From the NCBI RefSeq assembly GCF_001194135.2, contig NC_068989.1, forward strand, positions 80,723,783 to 80,787,782: 64,000 nucleotides of DNA, given 5' to 3'. A model generated the notes under the pieces. The model ran no database searches. It worked only from the letters and a program-made list of their open reading frames with translations, and was not told the DNA's origin. The position numbers and the translations under genes were made by a program. This DNA comes from Octopus bimaculoides. Taxonomy: Eukaryota. Below are positions 10,727-23,600 of the stretch, in pieces. How positions within the stretch are numbered: the stretch's first letter is position 1; each line of letters begins with the position of its first letter.

Positions 10727-13700
10727 TATACTTTAAAAACAGACAAGATGGTCACAGCCAGAGTGTCTTTCATCATTGTTCTACTCGATATTAGTTGACT
10801 TAGTTTAGCAACAACTATATAATTGCAACACGTGTCTCTCTTTTCCTTGGTTCATGTCATTGGACTGTGGCTGTGCTGGAGCACTACTTTGAAGGGTTTT
10901 GTCAACCAAATCAACTGAAGTACTTATTTTTTTGCAGTCTGGTACTTACTCTATATGCTTATTTCACCAAGCCATTAAGTTGTAGGAACATAAACAAACC
11001 AACACTGGTTGCCAAGCAGTAGTGGGGAAGACACACATACATGCACATATATATATATATATATATACATACATCATCATTATCATCATCGTTTAATGTC
11101 CACCTTCCATGCTGGCTTGGGTTGGATGATTTGTCTGGAGCCGGCCAAGCGGGAGCCTGCACCAGACTTCTGTGTATGTTTTGGCAGGGTTTTTACAGCT
11201 GGATGCCCTTCCTAATACCAACCACCCAGCAAAGTGGACTGATTACTTTTTACATGGCACAAGCAAGGTCTTTACTACTGGATGCCCTTCCAAATGCCAA
11301 CCACTTTACAGTATGGACTGGGTGCTTTTTATGTGGCATCAGCACTAGCAATATATGTGTACACTCACACACACATGATGAGCTTCCATATAGTTTCTGA
11401 GTATCAAATTCACTTAGAAGGCATTAGTTAGTCAGGGGCTGTAGTAGAAGACACTTGCCCATGGTGCTGTGCAGTAGGGCTGAACCTAAAACCACATGGT
11501 TGCAAAGTGAGCTTCTTAACCACACAACTGTGCCTGTGTCTATGTGTGTGTGTGTGTGTATTATATAAAAATTGCAGTTTTCTCAGTCTGGGAGAAATGA
11601 AAACAAGCTGGCAACTTAAAAAAGTTATAGATAAATATGAGATTCTACTGTTTGCTGTTACAGTGATATTTCAAAAATACCAAACATACAACAACCAGGT
11701 AGGTAACTTGAGAGAATAATTCAGTACATCACCTGTTGGTATGCTAGAAACATGACACTATAAATTCCTACAGAGCTTACTACTACAACTACTACTATTA
11801 CTACTACGACTACTATCATTATTTTACTGATAGTTGGCTGTGTTCACAACTTGCTACTGCTATCTATGTGAAGTTAAGCTAGGCTAACTTATGAATAGTT
11901 AATGTGATACCATTCACTGTGTTTGGCCTCCACCACCTCTACCACTACTACTCCTACTACATTACAGCTGGGATTCTTAATTAAGCTTTCTAAACACTCA
12001 TTATAATGACTTTTTTAAATATTTTCTGCACAGTGTTTCTTACGCTGTTTTCACTTTACTTTCTGCTCTCTTTAACATACATGTGTGTGTGTGTGTGTAT
12101 ATATATATATAGTGTGTGTGTGTGTGTGTGTGTGAATGGATAGGGATATGAAATCTGGGCAGGTACCTTACAAGCACTCTAGTATAATTCATGTTCTGGT
12201 TAACAATTACATGGTATTTCATCTGATGGGTTTATCTTCAGTTCACTTCTTTGCAGCTCACTGGATCCTGTGAAACTGTCCAACTGATGGAAAACAGATG
12301 TCAAAATGATGAGGATGTTGTGTATATGTGTGTGTGTGTGTATGAATGAATGAATGAATGACAGGCTTCCTGCTGTTTCTATCTGCCACATCTACTCACA
12401 AGGTTTTGGTCAACTGGGGGCTCTAGCAGAAAACACTTGCTCAAGGTACCAAGCATTGGAACCAAAAGCATGTGCTCGTGAAGTGAACATCTTAACCACA
12501 CAGTCATGGACATAGGCTCGTGTATAAACATACATTTAGATAGACAAACCTATACTATATACATACACATACACGCACATATATATACATGTGTGTGTAC
12601 ATTCATATCTCCTTGTCATGTCATCATGTGATAATTGTAAATGAGTGTCACTGCCATGCAAACTATGTCATTCACTTCCAATATCCTGCACAAACATGTC
12701 AGGCAATAAGGAAATCATTATCTCAGGTTGGCAATAAGAAGAGCATCCAGCCATAGAAAATCTGCCTTGATGAATTGTCTCTGATCTATGCAAGCATGGT
12801 AAAGTGGACATTAAAAATGATGATGGTGGCAATTTGCCTGCCCCCTTTCAATCCTGACAGTACTCTCCACCAAAAGACCTTTGCCTCCATCCATGAAGGC
12901 CACCACCTTACCTGATGCTGTTCTTTTGCAGCTCGCAAACCCTGCACACTGACCTGACTTTTTCTCTCGTTTGTTCACCTGCTTGGCACCTTGAGTAACT
13001 AACCACTGGCTGGTACAGCAGTACTCAATTTAAGATTGAAGCTGAAATAAAGATGATACTTTGACTAGTTTCAGTCATCGGACCACTACAGTCATACTAA
13101 GGCACTCACCACCGTCATGAGTTTTAGTCAATTATACCAATCCAAGTATTTAATATGCTCTATTTATTGAATGTCTGTGCTTTACTGTAAAGAATGTAAT
13201 GTAATGCACTGCTACACACAAATACACAAAGACATACAAGCCAACAAAGAGAGCCTCTATGTTGTGGTTTGTTCTGCTAGAAATATCAGCCAAATCTCTC
13301 TCAAATCATACTTAACTGTCTTAGATAATGTACACAGTTGACATAATTTTGAAATACAATAGAACTGGTTTTTCACATCTGGGACATCTTTGAGCACACG
13401 TCTGCTCAACCAGGGCTGACTTTGGGGCTAAAAAAAAGTAACAACAGTAAATTCTATACACTTCTAATACAAGGCAAATGTCTACTGCTATAACCCCAGG
13501 TCACCCAATGCCTAGTGAGTGAATTTGGAAGATGGTAAATATGGAAGCCCATCATGTGTATGTGTCTTTGTATTCGTGTCTGTTCTCTACTCACCACTGC
13601 TTGACAACCGGTGTCGATTTGTTTGCATCTCCATAACTTTGCAGTTTGGTAAAAGAAACCAATATAACAAGTACTAGACTTTAAAAAAGAATATAAGAAG

Positions 13701-13952
13701 TACTGGGGTCAATTTGTTCATCTATCTACTTTGAAGGTAGTGCCCCAGCATGGCCACTGTCCTATGACTAAAACCAGTAAAAGATTAAGTCAGTGGAGAA
13801 GAAATATCCATATGACCTTTTACAAGAATTTTGAGAAGCAGGGAGGAACATATCCTCAAACAGGAGCCCTTGCCCAAATGTTCAGGTGTTAAACTGAGCA
13901 ATGGATTATGTCCACCACTTGTATGAAAATTAATGCATTCCAGCCTTTAGAC

Positions 13953-14636
13953 CAGTGATACTTCTAACATTTTTTTTTTTTTTTTTGCCTCTGGATCCCT
14001 TTGATTTGTATTTTACTCAGATTGACCCTCAGAGCCATTTCATCATCATCATTTAGTGTCTGTTTTCCATGCTGGCCTGGGTTAGACAGTTCAACTGGAA
14101 CCGGTAAGCCGGAGAGCTGTACCAGGATCCAGTCTGATTTGGCTTGGTTTCTATGGCTGGATGCCCTTCCTAATGCCAACCACTTCAAGAGCGTACTGGG
14201 TGCTTTTTATATGTCACTCGGATGAGTACCTTTTACGTGTCACCGTCACATGTGCCTTTTATGTATCACTGTCACAAGTGCCTTTTACTTGTCACAGGCA
14301 CTGTCCAAGACTACAATTTCACTTGGCCTAACGAGTCTTCTCAAGCACAGTAAACTGCAAAAGGTCTCAATCATTTGTCATCACTTCTGTGAGAATCATT
14401 TGATGTTTAAAAAATCCTATTCTTTTACAATTAAATATTATTTGGAATTGTTTGGCTGTGCGGTAAGTAGCTTGCTAGAATAAGTACTAGGCTTCCAAAG
14501 AATAAGTCCTAGAGTCGATTAGCTCAAGTAAAAGAGTAAAGAGTAAAATATTTTGTGTATTGTAGAAGTATAAGTTATTTATTGTACATAAATTTTAATA
14601 ACAAAATCTTATACGGACCCTGGTTGAGAACCTCTG
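13953..14636. mobile_element. hAT MITE with nested SINE fragments
   Basis: cagtgatacttctaac ... ggttgagaacctctg; TSD ctttagac / ctttaaac. Confidence 0.65.
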
Positions 14637-15188
14637 CTTTAAACCAAAACACTAATTTAATATAAGTTACATGATCAACATCATTTGACGTCCTTATTCC
14701 ATGCTGGCATGGGTTAGACTGCACATATCTACGAATTTGTAAAATTAAAGAGACATTAATTTTCTCAGCATAGATGAATACTTACAAGTTGTTTTAATTT
14801 AAAGCAATTAAAAGATGCATCTATTAACCCATCTGTCACTCCCTTCCTGTGACATGCATACTCATATAAACTTCCCACCACCCACTTCAAGAAGTGTTGG
14901 TGTAGAATGAAGAAAGTAGGTGCAGTGCAAAGGTGGGGTAGGCAAAAAATACCTTTTACATATTTTTTTCCTCACATCATGTAACCTATTTCAATGATTG
15001 TATTTAGTTATTTTTGTTTTGTTTTTTGCTTTGTACATTTTATCAATTTTCAGTAATTGTTGATTAGCTCCAAATCTGCTGTAATCAAATCTATATTCAG
15101 AGACATTCCAATAATGACCATCTAGCCTTTCTTCAAGCATAATGTATCAAGAATAGCATTATTAGGCCTTGTGCTTTTAGTAGAAAGG

Positions 15189-15221
<33 letters not shown>

Positions 15222-15420
15222 GTTATTATTATTATTATTGTTATTATTGTTATCTACTATAATGATACTCTTGTGTCTTTCTCTGTTACAACATATGAAT
15301 CGGAAAGGAAGAGGTGATAGATAAATAAGGAAGGAAGGGGTGATGGCAAACTTGGTAGTAGGATTATGGAAGTTCTACGGTGAAAAGAAAAATCAAACAG
15401 TGTTTCAACTCTGTGTGAGA

Positions 15421-15454
<34 letters not shown>

Positions 15455-16577
15455 AATAGATGTGGGATGGTAAACATTCAACAATGGAAAGAAAAATCAA
15501 ACAGCGTTTCAACTCTGTGTATTTGGTATTTACTTGCCAGCTCCCGTATTTAGTCACAGCCAGCTTTATGTGGCCTTAAGTCGTACTAGAATGAAGAAAA
15601 ACTTTAAAATTCTTTTGAAGGAAACAAGCAGTCAAGGGATGTTAGTTGCAGATAGATTTTTCACAAAAAAATTGGTAATAAAAGAATTATTAAACTAAAA
15701 ACTTGGTTTTGTACCTTATTTATATATGAAGACTGCAATTAGCTGTCATTTTTGACGGCATGGGGCCAGCTAGTTATTATTATAAGACAGCAAGCTGGCA
15801 GAATCATTAGCATGCTGGGCAAAATGCTTGGCAGCATTTTGTCTGTCTTATCATTCTGAGTTCAAGTTCTGCCAAGGTTGATTTTCAGGGTTGATAAATA
15901 AGTACCAGTTACGCACTAAGGTCAATGTAATTGATTTACCCCCTCTCTCTGAACTTCCTGGCCTTATGCCAAAAAAATTGAAATTATTATTATTATTATC
16001 ATTATTATTCTTATTATTATTATTATTATCATTATTGAGTGAGAGAGCAGTGCATGCCATCAAAGTGACATTGGGATAAAATATACGAAGCCCAGTATAC
16101 CCATCATGACTACCCATCTGATAAGGGTACACCAGGCACATGTATCACAACCATATGTGTGCAACATGGTGATCTCATATCAAGATTAACAGCAATTGAC
16201 CTTGCAGGTGGGAGCCAGATAGAATTTTCTTCAGGTTGAGTAAACCATCCCACTCAAAAGGTTCCTGAATAAGGACTGTTTAAGGATGTTGAATAAAACA
16301 CCCATGTTTCCAGAGGTGAATTATTCAGACCCCAAAGAATTCTTCTCGACACATGGCTATGATGCTCCCTCACTACTTCTGCTTGTGATCAGAGATGCCA
16401 CCAAGGGACATGCTCATCTGGTCATGGTCAAACAACTGACAAGCAAATCTATGGTACTGAGCAGAATATTTGCTGCAGCCCATCTTTTTATACCAAGACA
16501 AAACAATGTACGTGATAACACTTCAATCAGTTAAGATGAGAAGCCATGAAAGCCACTGCCTGGTACTGCATCAGGGC

Positions 16578-16625
<48 letters not shown>

Positions 16626-16631
16626 CATTAT
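16578..16631. repeat. (TTA)n microsatellite; similar runs at about 15189-15252, 43331-43366 and 49768-49796
   Basis: Trinucleotide runs. Confidence 0.95.
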
Positions 16632-18815
16632 TGTGGCAAGCTGACAGAATCATTAGCATTCTGGGAAAAATGCTTAGCAGTATTTCATCTGTCTTTGCGT
16701 TCCGAGTTCAAATTCCACCGAGGTCGACTTTGCCTTTCACCCTTTCGGGGTCAATAAATTAAGTACCGGTGAAACACTGGGGATAATGTAATCAACTAGT
16801 CCCCTCCCCACAAATTTCAGGCCTTGTGCCTATTGTAGAAAGGACTATTATTATTATTATTATTTTTAATCTGCGTGTTTGTTACAATCCCTTGCCGAAA
16901 CACACCCAATGTCCTGGGGTGAGTGAAGGATAAGAGATGTTACAGTTTGACAGTCAGTGGCAGGGGCAATAAATTAAGTACCAGTGAAACACTGGGGTCA
17001 ATGTAATCCACTAATCTTTTCCCCAAAAAAACATTTCAGGCCTTGTGCCTTTACTAGCAAGGGTTATTATTATTATTGTTGTTGTATTAATGCTATAATT
17101 TTACAAAGGTACAAGGTTTCAAATAAGGGAGATGAATATAGCTAACTAAATAGATCTCAGTGCTCAGATGGTACTTATCAGTCTCAGAAGGATTTGAACT
17201 CAGAGCTTATAGATAAACAATTAAACACTTTGTGACATTCTATCCATTGCTCTAACAATTCTGCTGACCCACTACCCTTTTTATGAGAATATTTTCTATC
17301 GATTTACACCACATGTGTGAAAGTAAATTATTCTCAGGTGATGGTTTAACTAGCTTATTTTTTTGCATTTAAATCAACACGTTATTAATTTACAACTTTT
17401 GTATGTTACATAATCCTTTATTCATTGTTGAGGCTTTCGAAGTTTTATTTGACTCAGTGTTCTGTCATTGAGTGTCTCTCAAAGGTTGGTTTAACCTTGT
17501 CACAACTGGTGAGAAAAACAACAAAAAAACACAACAAAAACCTATGTATCTGGGGTTTTTTTTTGGTTTTTTTAATATATAGGAGCAACTCAAGCATAAA
17601 TTGCTTGATTCAATTTATTGTTGGCTGGTTGAGATCTTTCAATCCTAACTCTTTTACAACAAAACTTGCTTTGCACTAGCAATCTAACTATGCAATGGGA
17701 TGTATGCATTTAACCCAGTTTTGTCAAACCAGATGTAATGATGTGTAAGTAATACCACTTTTATAAGTTGGTTGGTCTACCTCGAGAATGAGAGAAGGGC
17801 TTAAGCAAAGTAAAATAATAAATAAGCCATTCATCGACAAACTAAATCATTTGATGGTTTCTATTTTCTTTAACTACTGGTTTCAATCACTGAACTGTGA
17901 TCTCGGTGTTAATTACTGTCTTCATGAATCATGTTGACCTCCCCTTCTCCAGTACTTTGTCTGGTATTTATATGGTTGACTCTGAAAGAAGGAAAGGTAA
18001 AGTCAGTATGAATAGGATTTGAACTCAGAAAGAAAAGGCACATAATCAGATACCACAAGCAACATTTCCTCTAATTTTTTCCTAATGACTAAACAGAACT
18101 CGATACTTTGAGCAAAAATATTTTCCATTCAAAGCCAGTGTACAGCATTCAATCTTCCATGCAGCTTATGATGAACTCATTTATAAATTAAAATCTGCTG
18201 CAAAGATTTTCTATAAGCACAGCATCAGTCCAGAAACTACACGGCTTAGAGGCAATGTTGATAGCAAAGCATTTTGTCTGACTTTCTGATATCCACCTGC
18301 AGAAACCATTAGAAAGTTGGACAAAATGTCTTGGGATCTAAGTTCAGTGGCTGCCAAGCTCAGCTTTGCCTTCATCCTATTCAGGGTCTATAAAGTACCA
18401 TTCTAGGACAGTGGACTAGCAGAATCATTCGGGCATCAGACAGAATGCATTGGGGCATTTGTTCTGGTTCTTTGTGTTCATCAACATTATCATCATTTAA
18501 TGTCCATTTTCCATGCTGGCATGGGTTGTATGATTTGACAGGAGTTGGCAAGGTCAGGAGCCACAGTGGGTTCCATAGTCTGTTTTAGCTTGGTTTCTAC
18601 TGCTGGATTTAAAATCCCAACCACTTTTACAAAGTGTACTAGGTGCTTTTTACATGACAGCAGCACCAGTGCTTTTCACATGGCACCAAGTTCAAAATCC
18701 TTCCATGGCCTACTTAGGTGGTACACTTAATACATCACGCTGGTTTAACACCACCTCTTGAGAGCTTTTAGCAGTCCAATCTATTGTAAACATTTGAGCT
18801 AGGTGTCTTGTGAAC

Positions 18816-18818
<3 letters not shown>

Positions 18819-18894
<76 letters not shown>
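18819..18894. repeat. (CT)n microsatellite
   Basis: Perfect dinucleotide run. Confidence 0.95.
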
Positions 18895-18898
<4 letters not shown>

Positions 18899-21699
18899 AT
18901 CTATCTTGGAGGTTCTTGGAAGGAATCATAAGTGGGCACTGCCTTCCTGACTAAGCAACACACGCACACATGCTTCCATAGCCTCTGTCTACTAAATTTC
19001 ACATACCAGGCATTAGTCCACCCAGGATAGTGGTAGAAGATATTTGCCCAATTTGCAGCAGAGTAGTTGAAATCACATGATTATCAATTAAACTATTGAC
19101 CACATGGCTGTGTGTTTAAGAAGCTTGCTTTGTAACCATGTGGTTTGAGGTTCAGTCTCACTCCATGGCACTTTGGGAAAGTGTCTTCTATTGTAGCCTC
19201 AGGCCAACCAATGCTCTGTGAGTGAATTTGCTTGATGGAAACTATGTGGAATCTTGTGTGTGTGCTTTTTTTTTTTTTTTGCTTGTTTCAGTTGTGGCTG
19301 TGGCCATGCTGGAGCACTGCCTTTTTAATCGAAGAAATCAACTCCAGGACTTTTATATATATATACACACACACACACACTCAAAAACACGTGTTTGCTC
19401 ACCCACTCCCCTACTTGACAACCAATATTGGTTTGTTTACATCCCCATAACTTAGCAGCACTCAGTGAAGACACTGATAGAATAAGTATCAAACTTAAAA
19501 ATAAATACTGGGGTCAATTCATTCTTGGCAACTCTCGGAGGGTTGCCAAGGACAACCCAAGCAGATACCAACTAACAGCTGATGCATCTAGGTGCAACAA
19601 TGGTGCATGCCCCCGTACCTAATCTAATACAAAAAAAAACAGTCTATATATGGATTATGCATCAAGTATGGTGCCATGTAGCACTGAAATATGAGCAAAA
19701 CATGAAGAGAGTCTGTAGAATTTAGAAAGGAAGTTATTAAGTAATGATCTATTGGAGTCTTTTATTCTATTGTTGTACCAAGTTGCTGTTGCTGGACTGC
19801 AGCCATTCTGTGGCACCACCCACAAGAGTTTTAGCTCATCATAACAATCCCAACACTTATTTCTACCAGATACTACCCTTTCTTACTAGTCTCTATTTAT
19901 TGAATTAGTTAAGTTCCATTTTTAATGAAATGGTTTGGGGTTCAATCCCAGTGTTTCACCTTGGGTTAGTCACTTCTACTATAGCCCCGTACCAACCAAT
20001 GCCTTGTTAGTCAATTTGTTTGGCAGAAACTGTGTAGAAGCCCATTCTATATATTTATATGTGCATGAGTGTTGGGGTGTGTGTGTTCCCCATTGCTTGA
20101 TAACTAGTGTTAGTTTGTTTACATCCCCATAATGTAGTGATTCAGCAAAAGAGAACAATAGAATAAGTACCAGACTTAATAAATAAATAAATAAATACTG
20201 GAATTGATTTGTTTGGCTATATCCTTCTGTGCAGTGCCCCAGCATGGCCACTGTCCTACAACTGAAACACAAGTAAAAGATTCACCTCAGCACTCCAATA
20301 TATGCAAACACACACACACACACACCTTCAGCTTCTGCACAATTTCCCTCCACCAAATTCCACTGACAAATGCATTGGTCTCAAACCAAAGCTACAGTTA
20401 GTAGAAGACTCCTGCCTCTGGTACTACGTGGTGGGGCTGAGTCCAGAACTACACAGTTGCAAAGCAGACTTCATAACTGTGTCTGGGTAGGGTGTGTTGT
20501 GTGGTTGTAAGTGAATTGAGAAAAGCAAAGAAAGAAATCTGCAAGATATCAGGAGATATAACTGAACTGATATGGATATGTGATGTGAATAGATAATATG
20601 TACGAGTAGTTGATGGAGGGAAGGAGGGTTAACAATGAATTTGTGCTGGAAGGGCACTCTAGATAAAAATAGATATAGAGGAAAACGTGATAATGTTGTA
20701 TTATCAGACATTAGTAAGTTAAGTCTAACAACTTTAATCACTGCCTTTTGTTAAGTTAGTCCTCTCACATCTTTAATCAATGCTTCTTCTTACAGTATCT
20801 GTTGGCTTTTTTTTTGTTTTGTTTTGGTATGTTTTGTTCTTTTTCTTTCAAACTGAAGATTCTTTACTCTGTCTCTTTTCTTTGGTTTTTCTCCATGTTT
20901 GTATTAGCAGTTGAATTAATTTGTTACCAGTTTATTTCAAATAAGCATGATAACTTTTTTTTCTTTTTGTGCTAGTGCCACATAAAAAGCACCTAATACA
21001 CTCTGTGTAGTGGTTGGCATTAGGAAGGGCATCCAACTGTAGAAACCAAGCCAAAATAGACTAATGAACCACCAAGTGCTGGCCCTGGATCTTACCAGCT
21101 CCAGTCAAGCCATCCAACCCATGCCAGCATGGAAAACAGACATTAAATATTGATAATAATTTACTTACCCAAAAGATTAGATTGTATGCCCTACACAGAA
21201 GTTCTCTTTACTTGGTCTTTCAATCAGCTAGAAATAGTAACTAAGTCTTACTCAAATCATAGCCATAGCTGTGTGGTTAAGAAGCTTTCTTCACAACCCA
21301 CTGTTTTGGGTTCAGTCCCACTGCACAGCACCTTGGATAAACATCTATTGTACCTCTGAGCCAACCGATGCTTTACGCGGCACTGGCACATATATATTGT
21401 TGTTAGTTTCTGTGTAGGTTGCTCCTTAAACAGTTGTCAACAGGAAGTCACTATCCTCTCTGCAGTATCACTTTCTCCATTGGTGTCAAATAGCATTGAT
21501 GCTTCCAGAGAATATATTCTTGTTGCTTATTCGTTTGATGTAGTGCTTGAATTTTGTTTCTTGTCACATCCAGCCCATATCTACTTGGAAAGGTAGACAT
21601 AAAAATTAAAATACAATGTTTACGTGCATGTGAGTTCATTTGTATTTTTGTTTTTTATATATATATATAAAACAATATATTTTTTTCTTTGTTTTCCAG

Positions 21700-22061
21700 A
21701 TCCATAACTGAAGCAGGGGAACCCAACTATGTCTCCCTTGGACAGGGAGCCTAATGGAGATGGTACACCTCCTCTTGGTTATTTTTTCCCTAGCAAGTGT
21801 ATGCCAGCTCCAGCCAAGACAACCAGAGAGCCAGCAGCAATATCACAACCAGTACTACCTGCAGTTGTCAGGAGAACAGAAGCAACGGCCACCGCAGGAG
21901 CAGACATTGTCACCGCTGCAGTCTAGTTTGCACATCCACTGCTTCACCACAGCAGCCATGCATGGCATAAAAGCATCTTAGCACTACAATGATATTGAGC
22001 TGTTGCTTAGATGTCATTGTGGTCACTTTATTCCCATAGTGTGCCTTTTACATCCCCGCAA
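21700..22061 (+). other. Candidate upstream 5'UTR exon with uORFs
   Basis: Strong acceptor ttttttctttgttttccAG at 21699, non-repetitive GC-richer sequence, possible donor CAA|GTAAAT at 22062. End boundary uncertain. Confidence 0.45.
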
Positions 22062-22297
22062 GTAAATATATAAATTTATGTATATATATAATACACATAT
22101 ATATAAATATATGTGTAAATATATATATTTCTATATATCTAAAAGAAATGCCTCTCTCTCTCTTTCTCTCTCTCACCCTATATAAATAAATATTTACATA
22201 TATACTTATATATATATATATGAAATAACCTCCATCCATCCATCCACACAATTACTTCCAAAGCATCTTTTCCTTGCTTCTTTTTTTCTTATACAAG

Positions 22298-22390
22298 GTT
22301 CATAATATTAATTTGGTGAGTCTAAGTCACAGTGTGTGTATGTATATGTGTATATATGTGTGTGCATAATTGTCATTATCAACCGAAAAT
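22298..22390 (+). other. Probable 5'UTR portion of the first coding exon
   Basis: Long pyrimidine tract and acceptor atacAAG| at 22297; in-frame TAA at 22367 precedes ATG 22391. Confidence 0.5.
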
Positions 22391-22969
22391 ATGGCAAACT
22401 TACATCAGCATCATCAGCATTTACCATTTCCCCCTGAAACTAAGATCCCTTCCGATATCACCGCCACCCCAAATCTAGGCACCATTACTGCTGCTACTAC
22501 TACAATTACGACGGCAACAACTACTACTGCTACTATGTCAGTAGCAGCAACAACTGGTACCATATGTACAGCTGCAGCTGGTACTCTCAGCACAACTGCG
22601 ACTACTGCCATTACAGCTACTACTACTACTACTACTGTCACCAGTGGGAAACAGCAAACCTCTATTTTTCCTGTTGACCACAATTTTTATTCGGAACCAC
22701 AAAACTGCTGGGACAGTATTGAACGGTTCAAAGAAATGCAGACAAATTTCAATGAGGCTGGTACCTGTTTGGTTGATGCATTTGCCAACTCACTCAAAAA
22801 CACGACATACGAACACTTTAGCCATGACTGCAGCATGGTTCTTGGTGACATCTTTAACAAAAATACTCTTCTTCTAACGCAAATTAACGAACTGGAAAGC
22901 CTGCTGGGCAGTCTGTTAACCAACATCAGTGTATTAAATAAAGATGAGTACCAAAATTCTCAAAACCAG
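22391..22969 (+). CDS. GARRE1: First coding exon of a GARRE1/KIAA0355-like protein: His/Gln start, Thr/Ala-rich tract, then first part of the N-terminal helical (DUF4745, BAR-like) domain
   Basis: ATG in strong context (aaaatATGG), 193 codons, ends CAG|GTAAGT (phase 0). CWDSIERFKEMQTNFNEAGTCLVDAFANSLKNTTY resembles recalled human IQQGISKYLDALNVFCRASTFLTDLFSTVFRNSHY. Confidence 0.82.
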
Positions 22970-23560
22970 GTAAGTAACTGCAACAATTTTATTATTTTGT
23001 TTTGTTTTATTGCTGTATTTTGCCATGCTGGTGTGGGTTGGACAAATTGCATATTACTGAAGCATTTGTTTCATAACCGGATGTCTTTTCCGTCACTGGA
23101 CAATTTGTTGACAGGAAATGTCACCAAAAATTACTTTTTGTTTCTCAGTGTTCTTTTATACGCTTTTTACAAACACACACATTCAACATGCACATATTCA
23201 CTCACACACATGCAATGGGAAATCATAGCCACCATCATGTCTGAATGGAAGGAAGCAATTTGCAAGGGAATGGAAGCCTACAAAAATGAAAGATCGAGTG
23301 AGCCAAGTAGAGAAGTGTGTGTGGTACTGAGCTAATACAGCAGAGCATTTCATCGTGCATCTAGTATGCAGCCACAGTTGTGCATCTGACTTTGGCCTCA
23401 GATCTCACATGAAAGTACACAAATGAAAGTGCTAGGTTAGGCTTTATTGACCACAATAGTCGACTAACAATATACATGATGTAAAGACAATAAACATTAA
23501 GGACAGCAACAGAGAGAGAGGGCAAAATGTTATTAGTTGAATGCTTCAATTGAGAGACAG

Positions 23561-23600
23561 TGTCCAGACGTTTTGGACTTCAGTTCTTCATCAAAAGAAA
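23561..23600 (-). ncRNA. Decayed minimal hammerhead-like motif, antisense
   Basis: Minus strand uUGAUGA-A-GAAC(ugaa)GUCC-aAAA-CGUC. Confidence 0.35.

Noticed and set aside
22970-23335. 3' extension of the 321-aa ORF, and the 5'/3' extensions of the 31834 and 38854 ORFs
   Set aside because: They run past strong splice sites into intron-like sequence; the spliced model is phase-consistent.
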